From Promethearchaeum syntrophicum (GTDB lineage Archaea > Asgardarchaeota > Lokiarchaeia > Sigyniarchaeales > Promethearchaeaceae): DNA of 32,000 bases. The notes under the pieces are model-generated. The model did not search any database and had not been told where the DNA came from. It saw only the letters and a program-made list of their open reading frames with translations. Location of the stretch: assembly GCF_008000775.2 (NCBI RefSeq), contig NZ_CP042905.2, positions 510,001 through 542,000 of the forward strand, given 5' to 3'. Below, one piece after another: positions 1 through 8,722 of the stretch. Numbering within the stretch: position 1 is the stretch's first letter; the number at the start of each line of letters is the position of its first letter. The position numbers and the translations under genes are program-made.

Positions 1-1
1 T

Positions 2-412
2 TATAGGGGATTAATATCTTCAAATTCTTTATTGGATTCAAACTTCTTTTCAAATATAAAAAAATTTCAAATTTTACTTTTTACTCCGTTATCTGGTTTA
101 ACCCCTAAATTCATTCAGAAAATTTCAGACCAATTATTCAAATCAAATGAGATTTTTGATATGAATTCACTGATACAAGGAAATACGAATTATTTCTCAT
201 TCAATGAGGAGATAATCAAGTCAATTTCAATTAATATATCCAATATTTTAGAAGAAAATGAATCTTACCAACAAAAAATTACTAAAGATATCTCAAACTA
301 TGCAGAATTACAAGAATTCTTCAAGAATTCAGAAAATCAGAAATTTTTAATTAAAATGATCGAAAATCATAACGTTGAATATATTTCTGGTAGATTTTTT
401 TCAAAATTTTAG
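2..412 (+). CDS. hypothetical protein, probably 5'-truncated by the window edge
   Basis: The frame of ORF 32..412 stays open back to nt 2. The track 'M' at 32 is a TTG codon. The product is Asn/Ser/Ile/Phe-rich with no motif I recognise. Confidence 0.35.
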   Translation, partial: YRGLISSNSLLDSNFFSNIKKFQILLFTPLSGLTPKFIQKISDQLFKSNEIFDMNSLIQGNTNYFSFNEEIIKSISINISNILEENESYQQKITKDISNYAELQEFFKNSENQKFLIKMIENHNVEYISGRFFSKF

Positions 413-634
413 CTTCAAAAGGGATTTCCATCAATTTTTTGGATGCAAGTTTATTTTAATAGTAAAAAACAGTAAATAAAACAATTATTTATTAAGACAA
501 TTATAGTACCAGTTTACTACACGCACTATAAAAAAAATATAGGAAGATTTAATGAACCTCTTTCAAAAATAAGTAAATACCTATATAATAAATACCCTCT
601 TGGAGGATCAATATGAACCAAGGAAGTGGAACCA

Positions 635-1615
635 ATGAAATATAGAAAAATGGGAAAAACAGGGTTAAAATTAAGTGAAGTTGCTTTAGGCTCTTGGCTA
701 ACTTTAGGAGGTAGTGTAGAGCGCGAAAAATCGAAGAAATGCATTCAAACTGCCATTGAAAATGGCGTTAACTATATCGATACAGCCGATGTGTATTCTG
801 GGGGAGAGGCTGAAAAATTAATTGGAGAATTTCTGGCTGAAGAAACCGTAGATCGCAAAAATCTGGTAATTGCCTCCAAAGTCTATTGGCCGATGGGAGA
901 AGGACCTAATAATAGAGGATTATCCAGAAAACACATAATGGAATCCATCCAAGGAACATTAGAACGATTAAATACAGATTATATTGATATTTACTTTTGT
1001 CACCGTTTTGATGTCAATACACCGATCAAGGAAATTATTGGGGCAATGGATGATATCGTTAAGTCAGGTCGATCTAATTATTGGGGAACTTCAGTATGGA
1101 CTGCCGCGAAATTGGAAAGAGCCGTAGCGGTTGCTAAAAGTATGAACGCACATCCTCCTCGTGTAGAACAACCCCAATATAATATGCTATCAAGATATAT
1201 TGAAACCGAAGTATTAGAAACAGTGAATCACTTAGGAATGGGGGTAGTAACGTTTTCTCCACTTGCACAAGGGATCCTCACAGGAAAATATAATGATGGT
1301 GTGCCGGAGGGCAGTAGAGGCGGGAGAACTGACTGGCTTAAATGGGACCTAAATGAACCAAATTTAGAAAAAGTTAGAAATCTTATTCCAATAGCAAAAG
1401 AATTAGATATTTCTATGGCTAATTTATCTTTAGCATGGATATTACGATGCAAAGAAATCACGAGTGTCATTACTGGTGCCTCTAAACCTGAACATGTTCT
1501 AGATAATGTAAAAACTACTGAAATTGAGCTCTCACAAGACATAATAGAACGAATTGAAAAAATTTTGGGTAATAAACCTGAGTTACCGGGTATGTATCAA
1601 CCTCCCGATATATAG
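635..1615 (+). CDS. aldo/keto reductase (Kv-beta/AKR6-like subgroup)
   Basis: The N-terminus MKYRKMGKTGLKLSEVALGSW is typical of AKRs. Further matches are DTADVYSGGEAE, GLSRKHI, DIYFCHRFD, YWGTSVW, FSPLAQGILTGKY and a C-terminal ILGNKP resembling Kv-beta type AKRs. The first ATG is at 635; track position 626 is GTG. Confidence 0.9.
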   Translation: MKYRKMGKTGLKLSEVALGSWLTLGGSVEREKSKKCIQTAIENGVNYIDTADVYSGGEAEKLIGEFLAEETVDRKNLVIASKVYWPMGEGPNNRGLSRKHIMESIQGTLERLNTDYIDIYFCHRFDVNTPIKEIIGAMDDIVKSGRSNYWGTSVWTAAKLERAVAVAKSMNAHPPRVEQPQYNMLSRYIETEVLETVNHLGMGVVTFSPLAQGILTGKYNDGVPEGSRGGRTDWLKWDLNEPNLEKVRNLIPIAKELDISMANLSLAWILRCKEITSVITGASKPEHVLDNVKTTEIELSQDIIERIEKILGNKPELPGMYQPPDI

Positions 1616-1765
1616 CAAAAGTAAGATTCGTCATTTTCCTTTTTTTGTAATTGTTAATATTTTAAAAGAAGTTCTTCATTATTAGCCATTATACAACTAG
1701 AATCACAGAAAAATTTTGGAAGAAAAAAGGAAAAAAAACCTAAAAAAAAAAAGCAAAAATAACTT

Positions 1766-2212
1766 TTAAATTGCCATGGCTTTCTCAATTGCTTTTGTTT
1801 CTTGCTTAATTTGCTTTTCAAGCCCTTTAATTATTGAATTCTGTTCTTTCACCATCTTTTTTAATTCGGAATCCACTGCTTTCAATTTATTTGCTTTTTC
1901 TTTATCATGGATTTTAATATCCTTCTGGTACATAGAATTCTCTGTTTTAAAGGTTGTCTTTGCAAGCTTTAATTCTTCTTTAGCTTTGGCAAGGGCTGCG
2001 GATGCATCATCAAAAGTTTTTTGTTTCTGATTTAGATCATTCTCTAAATTATTGATTTCATTTCCTTTTGTCGATTTCAGAGTCTCCAATTTTGCATTCT
2101 CTTCTTGGTCGACTTGTGTTCTTTTCGCAGCATATTCGGCTTCTAGAGATTTTATTTTTCCTTCAATAGTCATAATCTCTGCATTGTAATTATCGATATT
2201 CGCTTGTGACAT
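1766..2212 (-). CDS. coiled-coil protein, function unknown
   Basis: 148 aa, extremely Lys/Glu/Ala/Asn-rich with a heptad-like pattern throughout (KIKSLEAEYAAKR, AKEELKLAKTTFK, LEKQIKQETKAIEKA). No catalytic motif. The plus-strand ORF 1776..2030 is its shadow. Confidence 0.6.
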   Translation of the reverse strand: MSQANIDNYNAEIMTIEGKIKSLEAEYAAKRTQVDQEENAKLETLKSTKGNEINNLENDLNQKQKTFDDASAALAKAKEELKLAKTTFKTENSMYQKDIKIHDKEKANKLKAVDSELKKMVKEQNSIIKGLEKQIKQETKAIEKAMAI

Positions 2213-2363
2213 AGTGTGTGCACAATTGTATAATAGTCCACATTTAACTTTTAAGTTTTTAGATGTTTAAATAGACCGTAATTTTGCTTTAAATACCCCA
2301 TCATTTTCCTTTATATAGAGAAAAAAATAATTTTAATTTCAAAGAAACGTATTCTGAAAATTA

Positions 2364-3251
2364 ATGCCAATAAAAGAAGCCTATTTCTTACCTCATGGGA
2401 TGCAGATAATTCCAGGATTAGAAGCTGAGTATTCTAAGGAATTTTTCCCCATTCATGAAGCAATGCTTTTAGTTCAACAGGAAATCAAAGAAAATTGCCC
2501 AGATTTCTTTATTTTGTTTACACCCCATGGGTTGGCTACTGATGAATCATTTTTAATTTATAGAAATCAAATTTTACGCGGATATTATCCCTGTTTAGTA
2601 AACTCCAATGTTGACGGTACGGAAATCAAAGAAGTATTAGAAATAGAATCTGACATTACTATGATAAACAAATTATTTTTCAACCTGAAAGAAAGAAATA
2701 TCAACATTTCAAATATTACGCTGGGTGCTCCCCAATTTCCAGGTCCTCTTGCATGGGGAGAATTAGTTCCGATGTATTATTTACATAAATCTTGCCCTAA
2801 AACTAAATTAATTGTCCTTTCACTACCCAAAAAGAGATATGATGCATCTTCATTTAAACAAGAACTTCTCAACATCGGACATCAAATTGCTGACTTTTGT
2901 TCTTCAAATTCAGAAACTTTCACACTAATTTTTAGTGGAGATCTCGCACATACTCATCAAGAAGATAGCCCTTTTGGTTATTCTAAATATGCACAAGAAT
3001 TTGATAATTTGATCCTCAAATGGATTCACTCATTAGATGAAACCATTTTACTTTCTGATGCCTATGATATCGTTGATAAAGCAAAGGTTTGTGGTTTATC
3101 GACGTTGACCATCTTCCAAGGAGTAAATGAATTCCTTTCTGAAAAGACCAATAAGTCATATTTTTCGAGCCATCTTTATGGCTATGCCGCTCCTACATAT
3201 TTCGGGATGGCAATTACTAAATTTATACCAAGAAAGTACGAAAAAAGTTAA
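2364..3251 (+). CDS. class III extradiol dioxygenase-like protein (LigB superfamily)
   Basis: Motifs AYFLPHG, LFTPHG, LAWGELVPMYYL, FSGDLAHTH and PFGY..AQEFD match the metal-binding and core pattern of LigB/DODA-type enzymes as I recall them. Confidence 0.6.
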   Translation: MPIKEAYFLPHGMQIIPGLEAEYSKEFFPIHEAMLLVQQEIKENCPDFFILFTPHGLATDESFLIYRNQILRGYYPCLVNSNVDGTEIKEVLEIESDITMINKLFFNLKERNINISNITLGAPQFPGPLAWGELVPMYYLHKSCPKTKLIVLSLPKKRYDASSFKQELLNIGHQIADFCSSNSETFTLIFSGDLAHTHQEDSPFGYSKYAQEFDNLILKWIHSLDETILLSDAYDIVDKAKVCGLSTLTIFQGVNEFLSEKTNKSYFSSHLYGYAAPTYFGMAITKFIPRKYEKS

Positions 3252-3379
3252 ATTTTAGGAATGGCTTTCATCTATAGATATAAGATATAGTTAGGATAAA
3301 ATTTATCGATTTCTGAAAAATGAATCATAATTTATTGTATCTTGATATTTTATGTCCCGAATTTAAAATTCGCTAACCT

Positions 3380-3531
3380 CCCCCCTTAACTCAGTTGGTA
3401 GAGTGCTCGGCTGTAGTTTTTAAAACGCATGATTGAGGAAATCCAAGGATATCATGTCAGCGGACACCGGGATGTCGCCGGCTCGACAATTATGGCTAAT
3501 TCAACCATAATCAAGGATCCGGCAGGGGGGA
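3380..3531 (+). tRNA. tRNA-Tyr(GUA): tRNA-Tyr (anticodon GTA) carrying two inserts (introns)
   Basis: Acceptor CCCCCCT (3380-3386) pairs with AGGGGGG (3524-3530), and the discriminator is A3531. T8 A9 follow, then the D-arm ACTC/AGTTGGTA/GAGT. The anticodon stem CTCGG (3406-3410) pairs with CCGGG (3467-3471), and the anticodon GTA is at 3413-3415. An insert of about 49 nt lies at 3417-3465, after position 37. The T-stem GCCGG (3477-3481)/CCGGC (3519-3523) encloses 37 nt instead of 7. A T7 tract follows at 3535-3541. Confidence 0.85.
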
Positions 3532-3534
3532 TGA

Positions 3535-3541
3535 TTTTTTT
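3535..3541 (+). terminator. oligo-T tract after the tRNA
   Basis: TTTTTTT starts 4 nt past the discriminator base. Archaeal RNA polymerase terminates at oligo-T runs. Confidence 0.5.
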
Positions 3542-3606
3542 CTTTTATTGAATTGATATTTTTAACCATAATTGAATTTAGAGTAAAATTATAAATCTAA
3601 GTTATT

Positions 3607-4077
3607 TTATCTCATCAATCCAAATCCATTAGTCAAATGAATTTTTAATTTATCATTAATAATTTTTAGAATTGGATCGTTTTTAGGGAGTGAAAATTCT
3701 AAAATATCGCGTACTTCATTCGTAGGTTCAGTTTCTAAACGTAATCTTTCGTGATTAGTTAGAGATTTTGAGTCTTGGGCATATTTTTGGGCGATTTCAA
3801 CAATGGGATGAGTATAATATTGCATGATTCCTTCATAATTATGATCCATCCATAATTTTTTTACCTTTTCTGGTTTGTTTAAGCCATCAATTGTCAGTTT
3901 ATAATTTACAGAACTTGTGAAATCGCTTATTATTGTTAAATTCGGATTGGAAAAAAGGTATTTGAACGTTTCCAGAGAAACAAATGGATTATAACTTATA
4001 TCGATTATTCTTAGAATTTTGAGATTTTTGATGGTTTCAGGAATTGTGGAAAAATTATCTCGAATTTCTTGCTTCAA
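3607..4077 (-). CDS. short LRR-containing protein, possibly the 3' remnant of a longer LRR gene
   Basis: The N-terminus is IPETIKNLKILRIIDISYNPFVSLE, one to two LRR units of the same type as in 4410..7283, followed by a non-repeat tail. The track 'M' is a TTG codon, an in-frame stop lies 5 codons upstream, and there is no ATG before residue 77. Confidence 0.5.
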   Translation of the reverse strand: MKQEIRDNFSTIPETIKNLKILRIIDISYNPFVSLETFKYLFSNPNLTIISDFTSSVNYKLTIDGLNKPEKVKKLWMDHNYEGIMQYYTHPIVEIAQKYAQDSKSLTNHERLRLETEPTNEVRDILEFSLPKNDPILKIINDKLKIHLTNGFGLMR

Positions 4078-4347
4078 CAGAAGAAAATAGCTCTAATGTG
4101 TGCGGAAAAAGATCCGTTCATATGTCATCGATTTTTTTTTATTAGTTGGAGTTTAAGTCAATTAGGGTTTAGGGTGATTTATATTATATCGAAAAAAAAT
4201 ACATTAAGAAATCCCACATTAGAAATACCTCTGAAGGAAAAATATACTCGAAAATCCCTCTTAGATCTCCATTCTAGTTCGTGCGATAAAACCACATGGT
4301 ATGAATCCCATGCAATAAAAATATACAATAAGAAAAACACGAAATAA
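4069..4347 (+). pseudogene. DUF488-family gene fragment (C-terminal part only)
   Basis: IALMCAEKDPFICHRFFFISWSLSQLGFRVIYI matches the conserved DUF488 block (xxLMCAExxPxxCHRxxIaxxLxxxGxxVxHI), which normally sits about 100 aa into the protein. Only about 7 residues precede it here. The frame is open only from 4015 and overlaps the 5' end of the opposite-strand LRR ORF. Confidence 0.5.
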
Positions 4348-4409
4348 ATTTAAAGGAATTTATATAGCATAAAAAGTAACAAAAAAGGTAAATACAATTA
4401 TACAAAAAG

Positions 4410-7283
4410 GTGTTGGGAATCCTTAATAGAAAATACGATATAAAATCAGGTCTTGATTACTCTGAATGTGAAATTATTGATCACATTGCTAAAAATGTTG
4501 ATATTTTAAAAATAAGAATCACCAAAGATAAAGAAAAAGTCAAGGGTATAACTATATCAGATAAGATCACTACAGAAACATTTAAAACAATCTGTCTTTT
4601 CTCAAAATTGACATATCTAAATATAACAGAAGGTTCTGTCGATCAAATCCCCTCAGATATTGCAATTCTAACCGAATTGGACACTATCGTTATTAAAGAT
4701 TATCGAGGTGGCTCTATCCCTCCCGAAATTGGAAAATTATCTAAGCTAACGCGTCTTGAAATCAGTTCAAATATTGAAAATTCTGAGAGAAAAAAATTTA
4801 AGATCCCCTCTACAATCTCAAATCTCAAATCCTTAAAAATTGCAAAATTTAGTCACATTAATTTCCAAGAATTTCCAATCGTATTATGTAAATGTTCAGA
4901 CCTGCAACAATTAAGTTTAATATCAGCAAATATTAAAACAATACCACCTTGTATTGAGCAACTCTCTGATCTGATTCATTTATTTTTAAGTAGTAATCGT
5001 ATAACCACCTTACCTAAGGAACTGCAAAAATTATTAAAATTAAAGGTGTTAATGGTTGATCAGAACAATATTAAAGAAATACCTGATTGGATTGGAAATT
5101 TGCCTTCTTTATATAGTTTTAAGATTGATAATAATTGTATTACAGAGTTACCCAAGTTAATAATAAAAAAATTGATTGGTAAGAGTAGTTCTGATTATAA
5201 CAGGCATGATCTTCAGAACACATTTATAAATTTAAACTTATCAAATCCATGGAAAGAACCGTTGAATTCATTGATTAGATGGAAGAGGCATTCTCATCCT
5301 TACTCCCGAAATCAAAAACACCGATTAACTTTTTTAGATCTAGATAAAGAAATTATTCGAAAATGTAAACAAAAATCCACGTCCATAAAATTTTCATTAG
5401 AAGAATTCACGTTCACCCCTTTTTTTCCCAATAGACAGGAAATTTTAGATCTTTTAGAAAAAGCCCAATATGATTCGAATCATCATGTTCGACAAATGTA
5501 CCGTGATATTAAGGCACAAATTAGATGGGAAAAACGTATTTCAAAAAATATTAAGAAAGTGAAGACTGACACCAAAACACCAGAGGAGATTCCACTCCTT
5601 GATAATCTTCAAAATAACTTCTCCTCTGCTAATTGGGGAAAAATAAAATTATATCAAAAAGCAATCAGTTCACAAGACTATGATACGCTAAAATCACTCG
5701 TGATATGGGAAAAAGATTTACAAATTATAGATAATGCTTTTATTGATTCTATTAAATTCAACGACTTCCAAGCGGTAAAAATTTTTACTGATTTGGGGAT
5801 TCCTATACGATTACTAATAGATTCTATCATAAGACTTTATTATTTACAGACTTTCAGGAAAAAAAAATATCCAGTAATAAAAAAGCTATTAAATAAGTAT
5901 GAATCGGTTCACCTAATTTCCCAAGATATTTTTGATATACTAGCAAAGAATGAAGATATGAATTTAAAATCTTTAGTAAATTTAGCAGTTAAACAGCAAT
6001 ATATCGATAATTTTATTCCAATAATTGAAAATGCAGAAATATACAAACCGTGGATGAAAAAATTAATTAACTATATGATCTCAAACCCTGAGTATAGAGG
6101 ATTTGGAGTTGAAAAATTTACTCTCTGGGCAAAAATTACACAGACAAAATTACAAGATAATGCACAATTTGTACAGGAGATTTTGGATTTCTTAAAAGAA
6201 AATGATTCGGATTCATATGAAATGATTTCCAAAGCATTAAAAATCGGCAGTCTTTCAATTCCAGAATTAATAGCGAAAAGTGAAAAATCCTTTTCTTCAG
6301 GAGTCCTTTCTATTATAAAACAAGGAAATCTTTCGCACTTAAAACAAAAACTAGCAGCAAGTGAAGATCCTTCTCAAGATATGAATATGGCATTCCGCTG
6401 GGCTGTTAAGTGGGGGCGTTTGGATATTATTAAATATTTAGTCGAAGAACAAAATGTAAATATTCATGCGAATGATGATGAAGCTCTAAAATTAAGTCTC
6501 GATTTTTGTCATATTCTCATTGCTAAATTCCTACTAAAACAAGGAGCGAAAGTAAAGGATCCCATAATGTATATTGATGCAATTTTAGAACGTGGAGAAA
6601 ATGAATTTATCAAATATATCTTTGAAAAAGAACAAATAAGGAAAAACAATTTCGAGCAATTTCTATTTAAATGTATTTTTGCGGGGAATGTGGAAATGTT
6701 AATCTTTTGTGAACAAAGAGGAGGGTCAATTCCAATCTTGAATAAATTTGATTGTCGACGGTTAATCAGTAGTGGACACGTAAAAATGTTAGAATTCCTT
6801 AGACAAAATAAAAAAATTGAACATCTCGAATATGATAAAGCAACTTTATATGCACATATCTTGCAGGGAAATTTCGCTATGGTGAGATTTTTAATTGAAA
6901 ATAAAGAAAATTTAGAATATTCAGAGAAAGAAGCATTAAGGTCAGCTTCCAAGTCAGGAAATTCAGAAATTTTTCAGTACTTCATTATGATTGGTGCAGA
7001 TCCTAGCCAAATTGAATTTAATCCTCAAATTTATCCCGCTTTTATCTATTGTATTGAACAAAATAAATTTCCAGCAAAAGTGAGAGATTCAATAATCCAA
7101 TGGATGAATACTGCAAGTGTCGCACAAAAGAGAAGATATCTCCCAAAAATGCGTCAATATTTAGAAGCCAAAATTCAGACCATATCATCCCCCAAAAAAC
7201 AAAATTTGATTCAACAAATTATTACTGCAGTAAATCAAGAATTAAAGGTATTTATATCGGATGATGTTGGAATATTTCTTTGA
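4410..7283 (+). CDS. large LRR + ankyrin-repeat protein
   Basis: The N-terminal third carries about 8 eukaryote-style LRRs (LTYLNITEGSVDQIPSDI, LSKLTRLEISSN, LQQLSLISANIKTIPPCIEQLSDLIHLFLSSNRITTLPKEL, LKVLMVDQNNIKEIPDWIGNLPSLYSFKIDNNCITELP). The C-terminal third has ankyrin-like units (AFRWAVKWGRLDIIKYLVEEQNVNIHANDDEALKLS, IAKFLLKQGAKV, GNVEMLIFCEQRGGSI, GHVKMLEFL, GNFAMVRFLIENKENL, GNSEIFQYFIMIGADP). The start is GTG. No P-loop is present. Confidence 0.8.
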   Translation: MLGILNRKYDIKSGLDYSECEIIDHIAKNVDILKIRITKDKEKVKGITISDKITTETFKTICLFSKLTYLNITEGSVDQIPSDIAILTELDTIVIKDYRGGSIPPEIGKLSKLTRLEISSNIENSERKKFKIPSTISNLKSLKIAKFSHINFQEFPIVLCKCSDLQQLSLISANIKTIPPCIEQLSDLIHLFLSSNRITTLPKELQKLLKLKVLMVDQNNIKEIPDWIGNLPSLYSFKIDNNCITELPKLIIKKLIGKSSSDYNRHDLQNTFINLNLSNPWKEPLNSLIRWKRHSHPYSRNQKHRLTFLDLDKEIIRKCKQKSTSIKFSLEEFTFTPFFPNRQEILDLLEKAQYDSNHHVRQMYRDIKAQIRWEKRISKNIKKVKTDTKTPEEIPLLDNLQNNFSSANWGKIKLYQKAISSQDYDTLKSLVIWEKDLQIIDNAFIDSIKFNDFQAVKIFTDLGIPIRLLIDSIIRLYYLQTFRKKKYPVIKKLLNKYESVHLISQDIFDILAKNEDMNLKSLVNLAVKQQYIDNFIPIIENAEIYKPWMKKLINYMISNPEYRGFGVEKFTLWAKITQTKLQDNAQFVQEILDFLKENDSDSYEMISKALKIGSLSIPELIAKSEKSFSSGVLSIIKQGNLSHLKQKLAASEDPSQDMNMAFRWAVKWGRLDIIKYLVEEQNVNIHANDDEALKLSLDFCHILIAKFLLKQGAKVKDPIMYIDAILERGENEFIKYIFEKEQIRKNNFEQFLFKCIFAGNVEMLIFCEQRGGSIPILNKFDCRRLISSGHVKMLEFLRQNKKIEHLEYDKATLYAHILQGNFAMVRFLIENKENLEYSEKEALRSASKSGNSEIFQYFIMIGADPSQIEFNPQIYPAFIYCIEQNKFPAKVRDSIIQWMNTASVAQKRRYLPKMRQYLEAKIQTISSPKKQNLIQQIITAVNQELKVFISDDVGIFL

Positions 7284-7319
7284 TATTTGATTCCATTTAG
7301 CAAATTTGTTCTCAGAATC

Positions 7320-8036
7320 TCACATCAAATATAATGGTTGATGTTGGGGGCGGTGTCGTTGTTCTTCATCAAATTCTTCTTGACTCACATCTTGAAGGCC
7401 ATATATACTAGCTCGATTTAATTGTAACACAATTTTATTTTTATAATTTGGGCATAAGCGAATCAACATTAAAAGGGCAGTATGTTTAATCCAAAGTGGA
7501 GACTCTCTGGAATCTAATCCTTTTTTAATATAATTGAATGTATTGAGCAGCTCTTCTTGAAAATATTTAGTGTTTTCTCCAGGGGAAAAATCCATTATTC
7601 TTGCATTAGGAAAAAAGAAGATTACTGAAGAATCCCACTCTGTATTTTCACGAATAATATCACTATTTGCAACCCAGCGAAATTTTTTTGATTCAGGAAT
7701 AAAATTCGTAATTTGGAATAATTCTTCAAATCCTGACGCCATATATTCTTGAAAATAATGAAAATTTTCTTCATTTGCATATTGAAGGCGAAAAAGATCG
7801 TTCTTCTTCATTGCTTCCATAAAACTCGGAGGGCTCATATAATAGTGTAAAGCGAGCATGAATTTTGGATATACATCTTTTGATAACTCATGTAACTCGT
7901 TGAAAGCCTCGTCTTTTGTTTCAAAAAAACCATCAATAATGCAATGTACTCGTAACATCTCCATTGAATTATTTGTTTGCAATATTTGACTTGGAAGTCC
8001 AAAGGGAAATCTCTTTTTGTTTATTGGATTTTTCAT
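7320..8036 (-). CDS. hypothetical protein (last gene of the rSAM cluster)
   Basis: A 238-aa ORF lying 47 nt downstream of the isochorismatase-like gene on the same strand. I recognise no motif. The tail is acidic and Gln/Pro-rich. Confidence 0.5.
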   Translation of the reverse strand: MKNPINKKRFPFGLPSQILQTNNSMEMLRVHCIIDGFFETKDEAFNELHELSKDVYPKFMLALHYYMSPPSFMEAMKKNDLFRLQYANEENFHYFQEYMASGFEELFQITNFIPESKKFRWVANSDIIRENTEWDSSVIFFFPNARIMDFSPGENTKYFQEELLNTFNYIKKGLDSRESPLWIKHTALLMLIRLCPNYKNKIVLQLNRASIYGLQDVSQEEFDEEQRHRPQHQPLYLM

Positions 8037-8083
8037 ACTAATAATTTTATTTTAAGATATTAAAATAAATAGATTTTTCTCTC

Positions 8084-8722
8084 CTATTTTTGAAAATGAA
8101 AGAGAAGTATGGGATACGGGATAATGTGAATTCTTGGATGATCTTTAAATACTTGGATATAAAACTTATGTCTTGAGGGAAATATATCGCCAAGGGCTTC
8201 TTCAATCATATAGATTTGTTGTATTCCATTTTTCAAAAGACTTAACGCAGTATGTTTGATACACACTCCTGTAGATGTTCCCATAATATATGCTTTTGAA
8301 AACTTTTTTGATTGAATATATTTACAAAATTTGTGATTTGAACATCCATCATAAGTGCGTTTTGTGAAATGTTTACTATAGTCGGGCTGGAGAACCCAAG
8401 ACATTAGTTCTGCAGCTTTTGTGTTATAGAGTGCATGGGGTGGTTCATTCAATCGTTCAAAATCACTTTGATGGTGGGCATCAGAAATAAATATGATCGG
8501 TTTTCTTTGCGATTCCCAGAGGGATATAACCGAATTTACTACGTATTGAAAATGTTCATTAATAGTAGGGACGGGCAATTCTGGAGTTGGAGAAATAGGT
8601 GATGGCCCAAAAGCGTTAATTAAATCAATGATGATCAGGACTGAATCGGGTGTAGAAAAATCTTGTAACCTCAAGAGTAGAACATCTCCTGGAGGTCTTG
8701 AATATATTTGATTAATGGACAT
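8084..8722 (-). CDS. isochorismatase-like cysteine hydrolase
   Basis: LIIIDLINAF supplies the catalytic Asp strand. FISDAH, FTKRTYDG (Lys) and IMGTSTGVCIKHTALSLLKNG (nucleophile Cys) match the isochorismatase/nicotinamidase family layout. The ATG start overlaps the rSAM gene's 3' end by 52 nt. Confidence 0.6.
   Translation of the reverse strand: MSINQIYSRPPGDVLLLRLQDFSTPDSVLIIIDLINAFGPSPISPTPELPVPTINEHFQYVVNSVISLWESQRKPIIFISDAHHQSDFERLNEPPHALYNTKAAELMSWVLQPDYSKHFTKRTYDGCSNHKFCKYIQSKKFSKAYIMGTSTGVCIKHTALSLLKNGIQQIYMIEEALGDIFPSRHKFYIQVFKDHPRIHIIPYPILLFHFQK

Noticed and set aside
526-744. 72-aa minus-strand ORF overlapping the AKR start region
   Set aside because: It is low-complexity and runs antisense through the AKR promoter and 5' end. 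It has no motif and is typical of a spurious ORF.
1228-1542. 104-aa ORF antisense to the aldo/keto reductase
   Set aside because: It is a shadow ORF entirely inside a confidently identified gene on the opposite strand.
1776-2030. 84-aa plus-strand ORF
   Set aside because: It is the antisense shadow of the coiled-coil gene. Its Phe/Ser/Leu-rich translation arises from reading Lys/Glu codons backwards.
5172-5189. LIGKSS in the LRR-ankyrin protein as a possible P-loop (a Roc GTPase was expected in LRR proteins of this lineage)
   Set aside because: No Gly lies five residues upstream (the context is IIKKLIGKSS), and there are no downstream DxxG or NKxD motifs. It is not a Walker A site.
6509-6952. 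147-aa ORF antisense to the ankyrin region
   Set aside because: It is a shadow ORF within the 957-aa gene and has no motif.
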